Made by a program: the position numbers and the translations under genes. Below the pieces are notes generated by a model. The model did not search any database. It worked only from the letters and a program-made list of their open reading frames with translations, and was not told the origin of the DNA. Of a DNA stretch of 64,000 bases, positions 36,158-45,722 are shown in pieces. The DNA is taken from positions 28,287 through 92,286 of the IMG/VR virus record IMGVR_UViG_2929541355_000001; one strand, given 5' to 3'. This DNA is from a virus. Taxonomy: Duplodnaviria; Caudoviricetes. How positions within the stretch are numbered: the first letter of the stretch is position 1; each line of letters opens with the position of its first letter.

Positions 36158-37603
36158 ATGACCACCTTCCACGCAGCGATCGACCACGTCGACCCGGGCA
36201 CCCTCGCCATCACGACCACGTACTGCGGCACCGTCGACCAGGACCACGTCGACCAGGTCCGCGCCATCGCCGCCCTCGACACCACCGAGCGGTGGGTCAA
36301 GGAGCACCCGCGCCTCGATGGCGCGTTCATGGTCCTGCGCGACGACGGCGACCTCGACGTGTATGTCCCGACCGACGCAGCCGAGTACCGGGTGTACGAG
36401 CCCGACCAGGACGCCCAGGGCGGGCAGGAGGATCTGCCGCGCGGCGCCTCCGGGCCGGCGTACATCAGTGGCGTCACCCGGTTCGGTGACCAGTCCATCG
36501 GCGGCGCCATGGACACCCCCGGCAACCCGCCGCGCGTCGTCCAGCACACCACCGAGTCGCCGTCCGGCAGCTCGTACTTCTACTCGGTCGCCGCGTACCT
36601 GATTCGTGTCGGTGCCGAACCGCAGGTCATCTACGACCCCACGTCCGACCTCCTCGGGCAGTTCGGCCCGCTCACCCAGTCCGGGCGAGCCCTGAAGAAC
36701 GACGGCTCCCGTCGTACGAACCGGGAGGGCAAGGTCTGCATTCAGATTGAGGTCCTTGGTCGTGCGGCCAGCCCGTGGACGAAGGGGTTCGACAAGGCGA
36801 AGAAGCCGAACTACCGGAAGTTCGAGGCAGCATGCCGGGCGCACGGCGTTCCGGACGTCTGGCCGGCGGGGAAGCCCCCGGCCACTGCCGCGGCAGCGGC
36901 CCAGGGGTCGCGGTCGCGTACGACGTGGCAGACCAAGGGCGGGTACTACGCCCACGGCCAGGTCCCCGGTCAGGATCACTGGGACCCGGGCGCGATCGAC
37001 ACCAGCATCGTGCCGGGCAAGCCCGGGTCCTCGAGCGCCCCCGACCCCACACCTGCCACCCCGTCGAAGCCGACCACAAAGGACGCGTTCCCCGGCGCTG
37101 GCAAGTTCGGTCCGGGCGCGAACAACGCCTACGTCACCAGGCTCGGCGAGATGCTCGTCGCCCGGGGCGGGAAGCGGTTCTACACCGTGGGCCCCGGCCC
37201 GAAGTGGGGTGATGCCGACAAGGCCGCGACGAAGGCGTTCCAGAAGGCCCAGGGCTGGTCCGGGTCCGACGCGGACGGTATCCCCGGTGCGACCACGTGG
37301 GAGTACCTCGTGAAGGGCACCGGGAAGAACATCCCGGCCGCGGCGACCTCCCAGCAGCTGGAGCCGTTCCCCGGCGCCGCATTCTTCCACGGCGGCCGCC
37401 ACAGCCCGATCATCACCGCGATGGGGAAGCGCCTCGTCGCGGAGGACTGCAGCAAGTACGCGACCGGGCCCGGCCCGAACTGGACGTCGTCCGACAAGAA
37501 GTCGTACGCCGCGTACCAGCGGAAGCTCGGCTACACCGGCGCGGCCGCCGACGGAGTTCCTGGCAAGGACAGCTGGGACAAGCTCCGCGTACCGAAGTCC
37601 TGA
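36158..37603 (+). CDS. Endolysin: amidase domain + two peptidoglycan-binding repeats
   Basis: VVQHTTE, IQIE, YAHGQVP..DHWDPG; two FPGA...GPGP.W...FQ/YQ...ADG.PG..W repeats. Confidence 0.9.
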   Translation: MTTFHAAIDHVDPGTLAITTTYCGTVDQDHVDQVRAIAALDTTERWVKEHPRLDGAFMVLRDDGDLDVYVPTDAAEYRVYEPDQDAQGGQEDLPRGASGPAYISGVTRFGDQSIGGAMDTPGNPPRVVQHTTESPSGSSYFYSVAAYLIRVGAEPQVIYDPTSDLLGQFGPLTQSGRALKNDGSRRTNREGKVCIQIEVLGRAASPWTKGFDKAKKPNYRKFEAACRAHGVPDVWPAGKPPATAAAAAQGSRSRTTWQTKGGYYAHGQVPGQDHWDPGAIDTSIVPGKPGSSSAPDPTPATPSKPTTKDAFPGAGKFGPGANNAYVTRLGEMLVARGGKRFYTVGPGPKWGDADKAATKAFQKAQGWSGSDADGIPGATTWEYLVKGTGKNIPAAATSQQLEPFPGAAFFHGGRHSPIITAMGKRLVAEDCSKYATGPGPNWTSSDKKSYAAYQRKLGYTGAAADGVPGKDSWDKLRVPKS

Positions 37604-37642
37604 CCACCCCCCAACCCACCCCACCTCTGCAAGGAGAACCCC

Positions 37643-37999
37643 GTGAAGATCTTCGGTCGCGAGCCGGCGGTACTGCTGTCGCTCATCGCCGTCCTCGTCA
37701 AGCTCGTCGCAGCGTTCGGCGTCGATGTGTCCGGTGAGCAGCAGGCCGTCATCAACGCCGTCGCCGCCGCGGCGGTCGGTGTCACCCTCGCCGTCATGGC
37801 ATCCGATGGTGTCGGGGCAGCGCTCCTTGGCTTCGTCCAGGCGGCCATCGCGCTCGCTGTCGGATTCGGGCTCGACTGGTCTGCCGAGAAGCAGGCCGTT
37901 GTCTTGTCCGTCGCCTCGGCCGTCGTCGCGATGTGGGACCGCACCCAGGTCACCGCACCCGTCCCGGCCAGCGCCCCCAAGGCCGCGCTCCCGCGCTGA
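37643..37999 (+). CDS. Holin
   Basis: MKIFGREPA, multiple TM helices, RTQVT tail; follows lysin. Confidence 0.8.
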   Translation: MKIFGREPAVLLSLIAVLVKLVAAFGVDVSGEQQAVINAVAAAAVGVTLAVMASDGVGAALLGFVQAAIALAVGFGLDWSAEKQAVVLSVASAVVAMWDRTQVTAPVPASAPKAALPR

Positions 38000-38036
38000 T
38001 CAACCAGCACGTGCAGATACGCAGAGGAGATGACCT

Positions 38037-38324
38037 GTGGCCGCCGAGTTGATGGGCATAGACGTAGCCCAAGGCGGCGCTGTCGCCCTCCTCGCCCTGG
38101 TCGTTCTCATGGTCCTCACCGGGCGCCTCGTGCCCCGGCGGACATATGACGACCTGTTGAAGGAACGCGACACCTGGCGTTTGGCGCATACCGAGTCCGA
38201 GGCTGCACGGACAAAGGAGCGGGCCCAGACCCAGGAACTGCTGGAACTGTCCCGGACGTCGGCGCACGCATTGCAGGCGCTGCCGCGGATGGGCATGGAC
38301 GACGAGGAGGTGGACGCTCGGTGA
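38037..38324 (+). CDS. Lysis-cassette membrane protein
   Basis: TM + GRLVPRR + coiled coil. Confidence 0.7.
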   Translation: MAAELMGIDVAQGGAVALLALVVLMVLTGRLVPRRTYDDLLKERDTWRLAHTESEAARTKERAQTQELLELSRTSAHALQALPRMGMDDEEVDAR

Positions 38325-38530
38325 AGCTGCGGTTGTGGCGGCGCCGACCGTCCCCCTCCGACGGCCAGAGGTCTGCTGAGTCGGCGCTGCGAAGGGCCCA
38401 GCAGGCACGTCGAGAGGCTGAGGAGCGGCAGCCTGCCGTGACCGAGGCGGCGGGACGGCTTCGCCAGTTCCGTGATGAGAACCATTTCGCAGCGCGCTTC
38501 CGCGCATCAATTGAGGGGAGATCGGCGTGA
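38321..38530 (+). CDS. Lysis-cassette small protein
   Basis: GTGA coupling; ENHFA motif. Confidence 0.7.
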   Translation: MKLRLWRRRPSPSDGQRSAESALRRAQQARREAEERQPAVTEAAGRLRQFRDENHFAARFRASIEGRSA

Positions 38531-38886
38531 GTATTGCGCAGGTCCTCAACCTGGCGGCCAGTGGCCTGGTCGCCCTTTTCGCGGGCGCGTTCATCGTCAC
38601 GTACCACCTGCTCGCCCCGTGGCGCCGTACCCGGATGGGCTGGCATCTGATGCTTTTCACCGGGGCGATCGGCTGCCTCGGCCTGTACACGATCGTCGTC
38701 ACGATTACCGGCCTGGACGGCACCCCGGCCATGGTCCTGCGATGCGCCCGCACCGTGCTGCTCCTCGTTGTTGCGGTGCTGATCGCGCAGCAGACACGGA
38801 TGGTGTACACCGCGCAACGCCACCCGCGCCCGGTGCCCGACGGCTCGGCAGCCGCCGAACCCACCAGTGAAGAAGAGGCACCATGA
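38527..38886 (+). CDS. Holin-like three-TM protein
   Basis: PWRRTRMGWHLM; three hydrophobic helices. Confidence 0.7.
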   Translation: MSIAQVLNLAASGLVALFAGAFIVTYHLLAPWRRTRMGWHLMLFTGAIGCLGLYTIVVTITGLDGTPAMVLRCARTVLLLVVAVLIAQQTRMVYTAQRHPRPVPDGSAAAEPTSEEEAP

Positions 38887-41129
38887 CGACCGTCACGGGC
38901 AAGCTCATCGGCGGGACGCCGGCGCGCACGGAGGTGACGTGCACCCTGGTCGACGTCACCGGGCAGCGGGCTGTCGGGTACGTCGCCGACGGCCGGGCGG
39001 AGATCGTGCGCCCGGTGACAGTGCGTCCGCAGGAGGATGGCGCCTGGTCTGCAGAGCTCACTGCGAACGCCCTCATCGACGCTGCTGCGGGTGACACAGT
39101 GTGGGCGGTCCAGGAGGGGCGGGCCCTCGACGGCACCGCGGTCGTCACTCACGTCCTGGTCCCCGAGGAGGGTGGCCCGCACTGGATGGGCGACCTGCGC
39201 GTCGACCTCGGTGACGCCCCGACCGGCGGCAGCACCATCGTGTACGTACCAGGCCCGGCCGGCACAGACGGCCAGGACGGAGTCGATGGTACGGACGGTA
39301 CCGCGGGCACTTCGGCGTACGAGCTGTGGCTGGAGGAGGGTGGCAGCGGTACGGAGGCGGACTTCCTCGATTCCCTCGTAGGGCCGTCCGGCACCGCAGA
39401 GGCGCAGGAGTACACCGACACTGCGGTCGCGGCCGAGGTGTCGCGCTCCGACGAGGCGTACGACCCTGCCGGCGCCGCAAGCACGGCGCGGGTGGCGGCT
39501 GTCACCGCCGCCGCGTCGGATGCCGCGAGCAAGGCCACGGCCGCGCAGAGCGCCGCCATCACCGCGGCGGCGGCCGACGCCACAGCGAAGGCCGACGCAG
39601 CCCGGACGGCAGCAGTGTCGACCGCCGCGAGCGATGCGACCACCAAGGCGGATGCGGCGCGCACAGTTGCCATCAGCGCGGCATCATCCGACGCGACGAC
39701 GAAGGCGAACAACGCCGTCTCCTCGGCGGCGGCCGGCGCCGCCACCCTGTACCTGCCGAACGCCATCCAGACGGTCGACGCGTACTTCGCTGGCGCCACC
39801 CCATCGTCCCCACGCTTCTTCGCGCACCGTGGTGGCGGAATGGTCCGCCCCGAGCACACCCTCGCCGGCTACCGGTCCAGCGCCGCCCTGGGCTTCCCGC
39901 TGGAGGTGTCCGTGAACGTGGACGCGTCGGGGGAGCTGTGGTGCATCCACGACACGACGATGGACCGCACCACGTACAAGACCGGCACGGTCAACTCCTA
40001 CACCACGGAGGAGATCGGCCAGCAGGTCCTCACGAACGGCCGCGTCCTGCTTGGGCAGGGCTGGACGGACCAGCCGATGGTGCCACTCCGGCAGGTCCTC
40101 GACGAGTTCCTCGGCAAGGTCATCATCCTGCTGGAGCCCAAGGGCAACGACAGCGTGGTCCCCGTCGAGAACCTCCTCGACACGTACTACCCGCACGCCC
40201 CACGCAGCGTGATCTGGAAAGCCCACATCGGCACCGCATCCCTGCCCTGGGCCAAGTCGCGCGGTTACCGAACGTGGGTGTACCTCGACTCCGGAACGAC
40301 CGACGCCACCATGGACGGCAAGGACTCCATGGTCGACTACTGGGGCGTCCAGACGACGTTCACGGACCTGCGAGTGCAGCAGGTCGTGGCCCGCGGGAAG
40401 CCGGTCTTCTCCTGGCCCGTCTACCGGCGCTCCCAGGTCGCTCGGCTCACCGGTCTCGGTGTCGTCGGCATCATGGCGTCCGACCCGCGGTACGTGTCCA
40501 CCGCCCTGCCGCAGCGCACCGCCTCCCGCTGGGACCTCCAGGTGAAGGAGTCCGGCGGCACCCCGACCCTCGACTACGACTCGACCTACGCCCTGAAGTG
40601 GGACGACACCCCCAACGCCGGGTGGGTGTACATCAACGCTGCTGGCCAGTCCTACGGGCTCGGGACCTACTGCCCGATCGTGGGCGGCGCCGGCGGGTAC
40701 CGGATCGGCTTTGACATGCGGTTTGAGGGCATCCCCGCGCTGACGACCGAGCATGCCGGGATCTACTTCGGCAAGGACTCGGACGACGCCTACCGGTTTG
40801 GTACCGCGAACGCGACGGGCGGCTACCACGTGGTGATGCGGGCCAATGGGCAGATGCAGCTCAACCGGCATACCGCTGGCGTCACGTCGGGGACGGCGCT
40901 CGGCACGGCGCAGAACACCACGGCCGTCGTTGCCGACAACCCTATGAGTTTCCAGCTCGATGTCACCCCGGCCACGGTCGAGCTGCGACGCACCGATGGC
41001 ACCGGCTGGACCACCGGGCCGATCGCCGACACCACCTACCGAGGTCTGTACTTCGGCCTGTCGAACGGTGGGATCACGAACCTGACGACCAAGCCGCACT
41101 GGCGGAACCTCGTGATCGCTCAGCTCTGA
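38883..41129 (+). CDS. Glycerophosphodiester phosphodiesterase-domain fibre-like protein
   Basis: Collagen-like stretch, SAYELW motif, Ala-rich stalk, AHRGG...PEHT, HD.T.DRTT, C-terminal beta-sandwich. Confidence 0.85.
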   Translation: MTTVTGKLIGGTPARTEVTCTLVDVTGQRAVGYVADGRAEIVRPVTVRPQEDGAWSAELTANALIDAAAGDTVWAVQEGRALDGTAVVTHVLVPEEGGPHWMGDLRVDLGDAPTGGSTIVYVPGPAGTDGQDGVDGTDGTAGTSAYELWLEEGGSGTEADFLDSLVGPSGTAEAQEYTDTAVAAEVSRSDEAYDPAGAASTARVAAVTAAASDAASKATAAQSAAITAAAADATAKADAARTAAVSTAASDATTKADAARTVAISAASSDATTKANNAVSSAAAGAATLYLPNAIQTVDAYFAGATPSSPRFFAHRGGGMVRPEHTLAGYRSSAALGFPLEVSVNVDASGELWCIHDTTMDRTTYKTGTVNSYTTEEIGQQVLTNGRVLLGQGWTDQPMVPLRQVLDEFLGKVIILLEPKGNDSVVPVENLLDTYYPHAPRSVIWKAHIGTASLPWAKSRGYRTWVYLDSGTTDATMDGKDSMVDYWGVQTTFTDLRVQQVVARGKPVFSWPVYRRSQVARLTGLGVVGIMASDPRYVSTALPQRTASRWDLQVKESGGTPTLDYDSTYALKWDDTPNAGWVYINAAGQSYGLGTYCPIVGGAGGYRIGFDMRFEGIPALTTEHAGIYFGKDSDDAYRFGTANATGGYHVVMRANGQMQLNRHTAGVTSGTALGTAQNTTAVVADNPMSFQLDVTPATVELRRTDGTGWTTGPIADTTYRGLYFGLSNGGITNLTTKPHWRNLVIAQL

Positions 41130-41164
41130 TCTACCGTCCCGAGAGGACCCCGGCCCAGGCGCCG

Positions 41165-41202
41165 TGTCCTATACTTTTGCGACGTTAATAACGTGATCTT
41201 GC
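41165..41202 (+). repeat. 38-bp inverted repeat, left copy (candidate recombination site)
   Basis: TGTCCTATACTTTTGCGACGTTAATAACGTGATCTTGC; exact reverse complement at 52841-52878. Confidence 0.92.
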
Positions 41203-41301
41203 TCAGCCCAGACGCTCTGCCCGGCGCCGCCAACTCGCCCCGTCCGGGTGAACAACACGCAGGTCGCGGTGGGGGCATACCCCTGCTGGTTCGGTGGGGG
41301 T

Positions 41302-41508
41302 ATGAGGTCTTTCGATGCGGTGCATGTGTCCGAGCCGGGTCTGGTCGTGGTGGAGGTGGCGGCCGGCGACGAGCAGACCGCGTTGGCGGCGGTCGCGGAG
41401 CTGGGTGAGCGGTGGGTGACGTCGGGTCCGTCGGAGGTGTGGCGGGAGATCGGCGAACCCGGAGTGCGGGTGCGGACGTACGCGCAGGTGCGGCCGTCGG
41501 TAGGCTGA
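41302..41508 (+). CDS. DUF6207-like small protein
   Basis: HVSEPGLVVVEVAAGDEQTA...PGVRVR.Y. Confidence 0.7.
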   Translation: MRSFDAVHVSEPGLVVVEVAAGDEQTALAAVAELGERWVTSGPSEVWREIGEPGVRVRTYAQVRPSVG

Positions 41509-41513
41509 CGTGG

Positions 41514-41548
41514 CGGTGCCCCCGACACTTCGGATGTCGGGGGCACCG
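41514..41548. terminator. Bidirectional terminator-like hairpin
   Basis: CGGTGCCCCCGACA-CTTCGGA-TGTCGGGGGCACCG between convergent genes. Confidence 0.8.
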
Positions 41549-41561
41549 TGCCGTGCAGCTT

Positions 41562-41906
41562 CTACTTGACCCCTTCGTGCTCGCTGCGCCACGCACGGAG
41601 GGCAGCGCGGGCGTAGTCGGCGGGCGTGGCACCGGGCCGGTGAACTCTACTCATCGCCGACAGGAGGGACAGGTACATCGGGTCTGCGTCGGCGGTGTCC
41701 TCCAGCAGCTCGAAGGCACCGCTGTTGAGCCGCGCCAGGCTGGCCTTGGTAGTGCGCCCGGCCTGACCGCCGTGGTCATGCTCAACGATGAGCGTTGCGT
41801 GGGTGGCACTGATTCCCGTAACGCGAAGGTGGCGCTGCCGATCCTTCATGTCCGGTGCCAGGTCGCGGTACAGCTGGCCTTCCGCGACGGCCGGTTGAAC
41901 GGTCAT
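41562..41906 (-). CDS. Hypothetical protein
   Basis: GAGGA RBS then ATG; GQLYRDLAPDM. Confidence 0.7.
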   Translation of the reverse strand: MTVQPAVAEGQLYRDLAPDMKDRQRHLRVTGISATHATLIVEHDHGGQAGRTTKASLARLNSGAFELLEDTADADPMYLSLLSAMSRVHRPGATPADYARAALRAWRSEHEGVK

Positions 41907-41917
41907 GGTTGTGGTCC

Positions 41918-42184
41918 TCACTGCTCGGTGGTGGCGGTTTCGGCGCCCATCAGCCCGATGGCTTCAGAGCCAGCTTCGATGGTGACAGCGCGCTTCAAGA
42001 GGAGCGTGGCTTCCTGGATCAGGCGGGTCAGGTCACCGGACGCGGTCCGCTTCCCGGTCGGCGGGTTCGCCGCGATGCGTGCAGCGTGCTCGGCCAGGAG
42101 CTCGGCTTCCTGGGTGAATCGCCGCTGCTCGTCCTCGATGGAACGGGACAGGAAGCTTGCGGCGGTCAGTGACGGGTTCACCAT
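41918..42184 (-). CDS. Hypothetical protein
   Basis: Same RBS context as neighbour; MVNPSLTAASF... Confidence 0.7.
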   Translation of the reverse strand: MVNPSLTAASFLSRSIEDEQRRFTQEAELLAEHAARIAANPPTGKRTASGDLTRLIQEATLLLKRAVTIEAGSEAIGLMGAETATTEQ

Positions 42185-42195
42185 GGTCGTGGTCC

Positions 42196-42516
42196 TCACC
42201 GCTCGGTGGTGGGGTGGTACTTGCGCTTGTGCTTGGTCATGCTGGCGGGCGCGCCTCGGTAGCCGGGCCGGGTGGCGCACTCGGTGCACTCCACCCAGTC
42301 GGTCTTGTTGATGGCGTCGCCGGTGACGGAGTGCTGGGGGCCGTAGCCGTGGGCGTGGAGGAAGTGGGGGACGCTGCCTTCGTACTTGAGGGCGATGAGG
42401 GCGGATTCGGCGGTCTTGTCGTGGCCTTGGGCGAAGAACTTGCCGAGGCCGGTGTCGCGTCCGCAGCCGCACCAGCACGTTCCGGTGGGGATGAGGCGGG
42501 GCTTGTCTGTACTCAT
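42196..42516 (-). CDS. Zn-binding protein, possible DNA-binding regulator
   Basis: CWCGCG...F.QGHD; C-terminal CxxC...HxxxxH. Confidence 0.75.
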   Translation of the reverse strand: MSTDKPRLIPTGTCWCGCGRDTGLGKFFAQGHDKTAESALIALKYEGSVPHFLHAHGYGPQHSVTGDAINKTDWVECTECATRPGYRGAPASMTKHKRKYHPTTER

Positions 42517-42519
42517 AAC

Positions 42520-42567
42520 GTCAAGACTACTCAGTCATGACTGCAAGTCAAGACTTGCGGTCATGAC
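42520..42567. promoter_or_regulatory. Operator-like array of four GTCAWGAC boxes over a leftward leaderless promoter
   Basis: 42520-27, 42534-41, 42547-54, 42560-67; minus-strand TTGACT-16-TAGTCT-7-ATG. Confidence 0.75.
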
Positions 42568-42619
42568 GTACCCGTGAGCCCGGGGCATCAACTCCCGTCA
42601 CCAGGCGCACCCTTGAACC

Positions 42620-42949
42620 ATGAGCACCATCCCGGCCCCTGCGACGCACGACTACGGCCCCGGCCAACGGCAGCGCGGCGTCGACTACAGCATCACCAGC
42701 TTCGACCAGACACCCGCCGGTGTGCGGTTCTACGTGGCAGGCCACATCCGCCCCGGCGACGCGACCATCCGCCAGGGCGACCAGGTCACCATCACCCCGC
42801 CCGGGGACTCCCAGGGCCGAACCTGCCGTGTGGCCAAGGTCCGGCACTTCGGGGACCAGTGGGAGGCCGTCCTCGACATGCCGCCGCCGGCCCGCCCGCA
42901 CGAACCCGGCGCCCGACCCCCACCACTGTCCCGGCTGCTGTACCCGTGA
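42620..42949 (+). CDS. Hypothetical protein
   Basis: High GC3 ORF divergent from operator array. Confidence 0.6.
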   Translation: MSTIPAPATHDYGPGQRQRGVDYSITSFDQTPAGVRFYVAGHIRPGDATIRQGDQVTITPPGDSQGRTCRVAKVRHFGDQWEAVLDMPPPARPHEPGARPPPLSRLLYP

Positions 42950-43119
42950 CCCGCATGCTCGGCGCGTGGCCCCGCCCGTGGTGCCCGTACTGCCGGGCCC
43001 TGGCCAAGGCGGACTGCCCGTCGCGCAGCTGGTCGAAGAAGTCGCAGCGGGCACGGGAGGCGCGGTCCTGGCGACGAAACGAGGGTCGCGCGCAGGATCG
43101 TTCTCTGAGAGACGCATAA
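42946..43119 (+). CDS. Small basic Cys-containing protein
   Basis: GTGA coupling; CPYC...C. Confidence 0.45.
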   Translation: MTRMLGAWPRPWCPYCRALAKADCPSRSWSKKSQRAREARSWRRNEGRAQDRSLRDA

Positions 43120-43252
43120 CGTGTGTTTGGCGCTCGTCATCGAATCGGGCCGATCCTTAGGACCGCTCTCACGGCAGAATAGAACGATTCGAACATCCGC
43201 TCGCGACGGAGGGATCGTCGGTCCTGGTTCCTACTTTTGATTCGCCAGGACG

Positions 43253-43720
43253 TCAGCCGAGCTCGTCCGCCCGGAGCTCCTGCCGCATCGCTGTGCGCAG
43301 TTCGGTCAGTGCGGCTTCGTACTCGCCTCGCCCGCCGGAGTACCTCTCGTCTCCCGCGAGAGTGCCATCCCCTGCGAGGTCGCGTACGTCACGAAGGCGC
43401 CGGAACGTCCTCTCTGAGGCGGCAACTACCTTGGCGGAGGCGGTAATCGTGATCTGGTAACGAACTTCGTAGCAGGGCGCGAAGCTGTTCCTGGCAGATG
43501 TGTCTCGCTGGGCCGGTAACGCGTCCGGGTCGCGGGCGAGGATGCGGAAGTCGTTGCGCGCCCTGGAGAGTGTGGCGAGGTACTCGCCGTAGAGGACTCG
43601 TCGAGTGTCGGTGCGGCGCTGCGCCTGTTCTCTGCGCCAGCGGTGGCGGTCAAGGAACGCTGTAGCTGCCGTGGCAATGACGGCTCCGGCGATGGCGCTG
43701 ATGAGCGATATCCACTGCAT
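43253..43720 (-). CDS. Membrane-anchored helical protein (KilB-like architecture)
   Basis: N-terminal TM then R-rich helix, R..LYGEYL. Confidence 0.65.
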   Translation of the reverse strand: MQWISLISAIAGAVIATAATAFLDRHRWRREQAQRRTDTRRVLYGEYLATLSRARNDFRILARDPDALPAQRDTSARNSFAPCYEVRYQITITASAKVVAASERTFRRLRDVRDLAGDGTLAGDERYSGGRGEYEAALTELRTAMRQELRADELG

Positions 43721-43926
43721 GGCTCTGAGCTTAGAACTGCGCACAGCGAAGATTCGTACTGTTCGAACGATGCCCCCTCCGCATGGTCGCGGCGGGGGCA
43801 TCGTCACGTCTCGCTCCAAGTAGTGTTCCTTCCTTCCAGTGTTGGCCCGCGTGTTTGTTGTGCGCTTTGTAGCACCCACCTATAATTTCCCTTGTACGCG
43901 CCTGCGTACCATGAGAAGGGATCTGA

Positions 43927-44553
43927 ATGTCGGCGGTCTGCCCCACCCCGAAGAAGAGAAGCTACCTGTCGAAGAAGGCCGCCTTCGCCGGGGCGGCAAC
44001 GTCGGGGGTCGCACTCAATCCTTACCTCTGCCAGTGCGGGAACTGGCACCTCACCATGCGAACGACGGTCACGGAGCAGTATGACGAGGTGGAGGTGCAG
44101 CGCATCCTCTCCCTTCCGGTCGATGACTTCGTCCGCCTCGCATTCGACGAGACCCGCCACGCCGTAGCCCCTGAGACGGCAGCGGCACTGCGCGCACCCT
44201 CTGTCATCTACCGGTGGGGAGACGCTCTCAAGGTTGTCCTGAATAGCGTGCAAGAGAGCCTTCGGGCGGCTCGCGGCGGCCCGACTGACAAGAGAGGCCA
44301 GCTGGCCCGCAGGGAGCAACTGGTGCGAACCCGCCTAATGGAAGTCAAGGATCTCAAGCGCGAACAGAATGATGTTCGTCTCTTTGAGAGCAAGGCGAAT
44401 CAGGAACGGACTAAGCGGCGGCAGGGCACGGCCGCCACCGCGGCAATCAACCGGCTGATCGAACTGCATCTTGATGAGTACCGCGCACTTTTGGATGAGG
44501 AACGACAGAAGCTTCCGAGCCCTCCAGCGGACTCGGCGGAGTGGATGGAATGA
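43927..44553 (+). CDS. Hypothetical protein with N-terminal Zn ribbon
   Basis: CPTPKK.SY...PYLCQCGNWHLT; coupled to recombinase; lower codon bias. Confidence 0.7.
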   Translation: MSAVCPTPKKRSYLSKKAAFAGAATSGVALNPYLCQCGNWHLTMRTTVTEQYDEVEVQRILSLPVDDFVRLAFDETRHAVAPETAAALRAPSVIYRWGDALKVVLNSVQESLRAARGGPTDKRGQLARREQLVRTRLMEVKDLKREQNDVRLFESKANQERTKRRQGTAATAAINRLIELHLDEYRALLDEERQKLPSPPADSAEWME

Positions 44554-45722
44554 CAAACCGCGACGGCCTGGAGGTGGTCGACGCCGAGCTGGTGGATGAC
44601 GACCACCTCCCCGCCACCATCCAGCCCCGCCTCGCCTCCGGCGCGCGCCCGGTGGTCGACAGGCACACGATCCTCTACCCCGGCCAGGCTGTCCCCACCG
44701 AAGCCGACCAGCCGACGTACACCGAACGGGACCTCTACGTCTCCGAACGCACCCAGGTGCGCCTGGAGACCCAGTCCACGCCGAAGAACACCAGCGCCAA
44801 CTACCTGTCCCAGCGCAACAAGTTCGCCGCCTGGTGCACCACCGAAGGCCGAGTAGCCCGCCCGTGCACCACCGCTACGTACGTCGAGTACGTCGCCCAC
44901 CTCATCGAGTCCGGCCGATCCCCAAACGCCATCAACGCCGCCATGTCCGCCATCCGCACCTGGATGCCCGAGGACAAGAAGCCCGGCACCAGGCAAGCCC
45001 GGGGCATGCTCAACGAGTACAAGAAGGAGTGGGCCAAGCGCACCGCCGTACGCAAAGCCCCGCCCATCACCGACGAGCTGCTGCGCGCCATGGTCGCCAC
45101 ATGCGACCTGCGCACCCCCGCCGGCCGCCGGGACCGGTGCATGCTTCTCCTCGGCCGCGGTGCCCTCAACCGCCGCATCGAGCTCGCGGACCTGTCCATC
45201 GCCGACGTGACGGTCGACGACGACTTCGTCACCCTTCACATCCGGGCCTCCAAAACCGACCAGGAAGCCAAGGGCGAGCACACGGACATCCCTGCCGACC
45301 GCGACGACCCGCTCCTCGACCCTGTGGCCGCTGTGCGGGACTGGCTCACCTCCCTGCACTACCTCGGCGTCCGAGAGGGGGCGTTCTTCCGCGCCCTCAC
45401 CTGCCGGGGCACGCTGCAGAACCGGGCGCGCGCCACGGAACGCAAGGAGTACGTCACTGGGGACGCCATCAACGACTGGGTGCGCGGCCGCGCGTTCAAG
45501 GCTGGGGCGAAGAACTGGCAGCAGATCACCGCGCACGGGCTGCGCCGTGGTGGCGCCCAGGCCATCGCGGAGGCCGACGGGGATCCGACGAAGCAGGGGC
45601 GGTGGAAGCCGGGCAGCGCGGTGGTGAAGCGGGAGTACCTGGACCGTGCCCAGTCGAGGGCGGAGAATCCGTGGCTGAAGGTTGCGGCGAAGCGCCGTGC
45701 CGCAGCAGAGGAGCAGGCGTGA
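44550..45722 (+). CDS. Cre-like tyrosine recombinase
   Basis: RDRCMLLL...NRRIEL, SKTDQ, HGLRRGG, GRW...EY: full R-K-H-R-W-Y set. Confidence 0.92.
   Translation: MTNRDGLEVVDAELVDDDHLPATIQPRLASGARPVVDRHTILYPGQAVPTEADQPTYTERDLYVSERTQVRLETQSTPKNTSANYLSQRNKFAAWCTTEGRVARPCTTATYVEYVAHLIESGRSPNAINAAMSAIRTWMPEDKKPGTRQARGMLNEYKKEWAKRTAVRKAPPITDELLRAMVATCDLRTPAGRRDRCMLLLGRGALNRRIELADLSIADVTVDDDFVTLHIRASKTDQEAKGEHTDIPADRDDPLLDPVAAVRDWLTSLHYLGVREGAFFRALTCRGTLQNRARATERKEYVTGDAINDWVRGRAFKAGAKNWQQITAHGLRRGGAQAIAEADGDPTKQGRWKPGSAVVKREYLDRAQSRAENPWLKVAAKRRAAAEEQA

Noticed and set aside
43178-43770. TCGAAC/GTTCGA words as LexA boxes
   Set aside because: Do not form the TCGAAC-N4-GTTCGA consensus
44834-45718. 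655-aa ORF 44834..46801 as one protein
   Set aside because: First ~295 codons are an alternate frame of the recombinase; plausible start is GTG 45719
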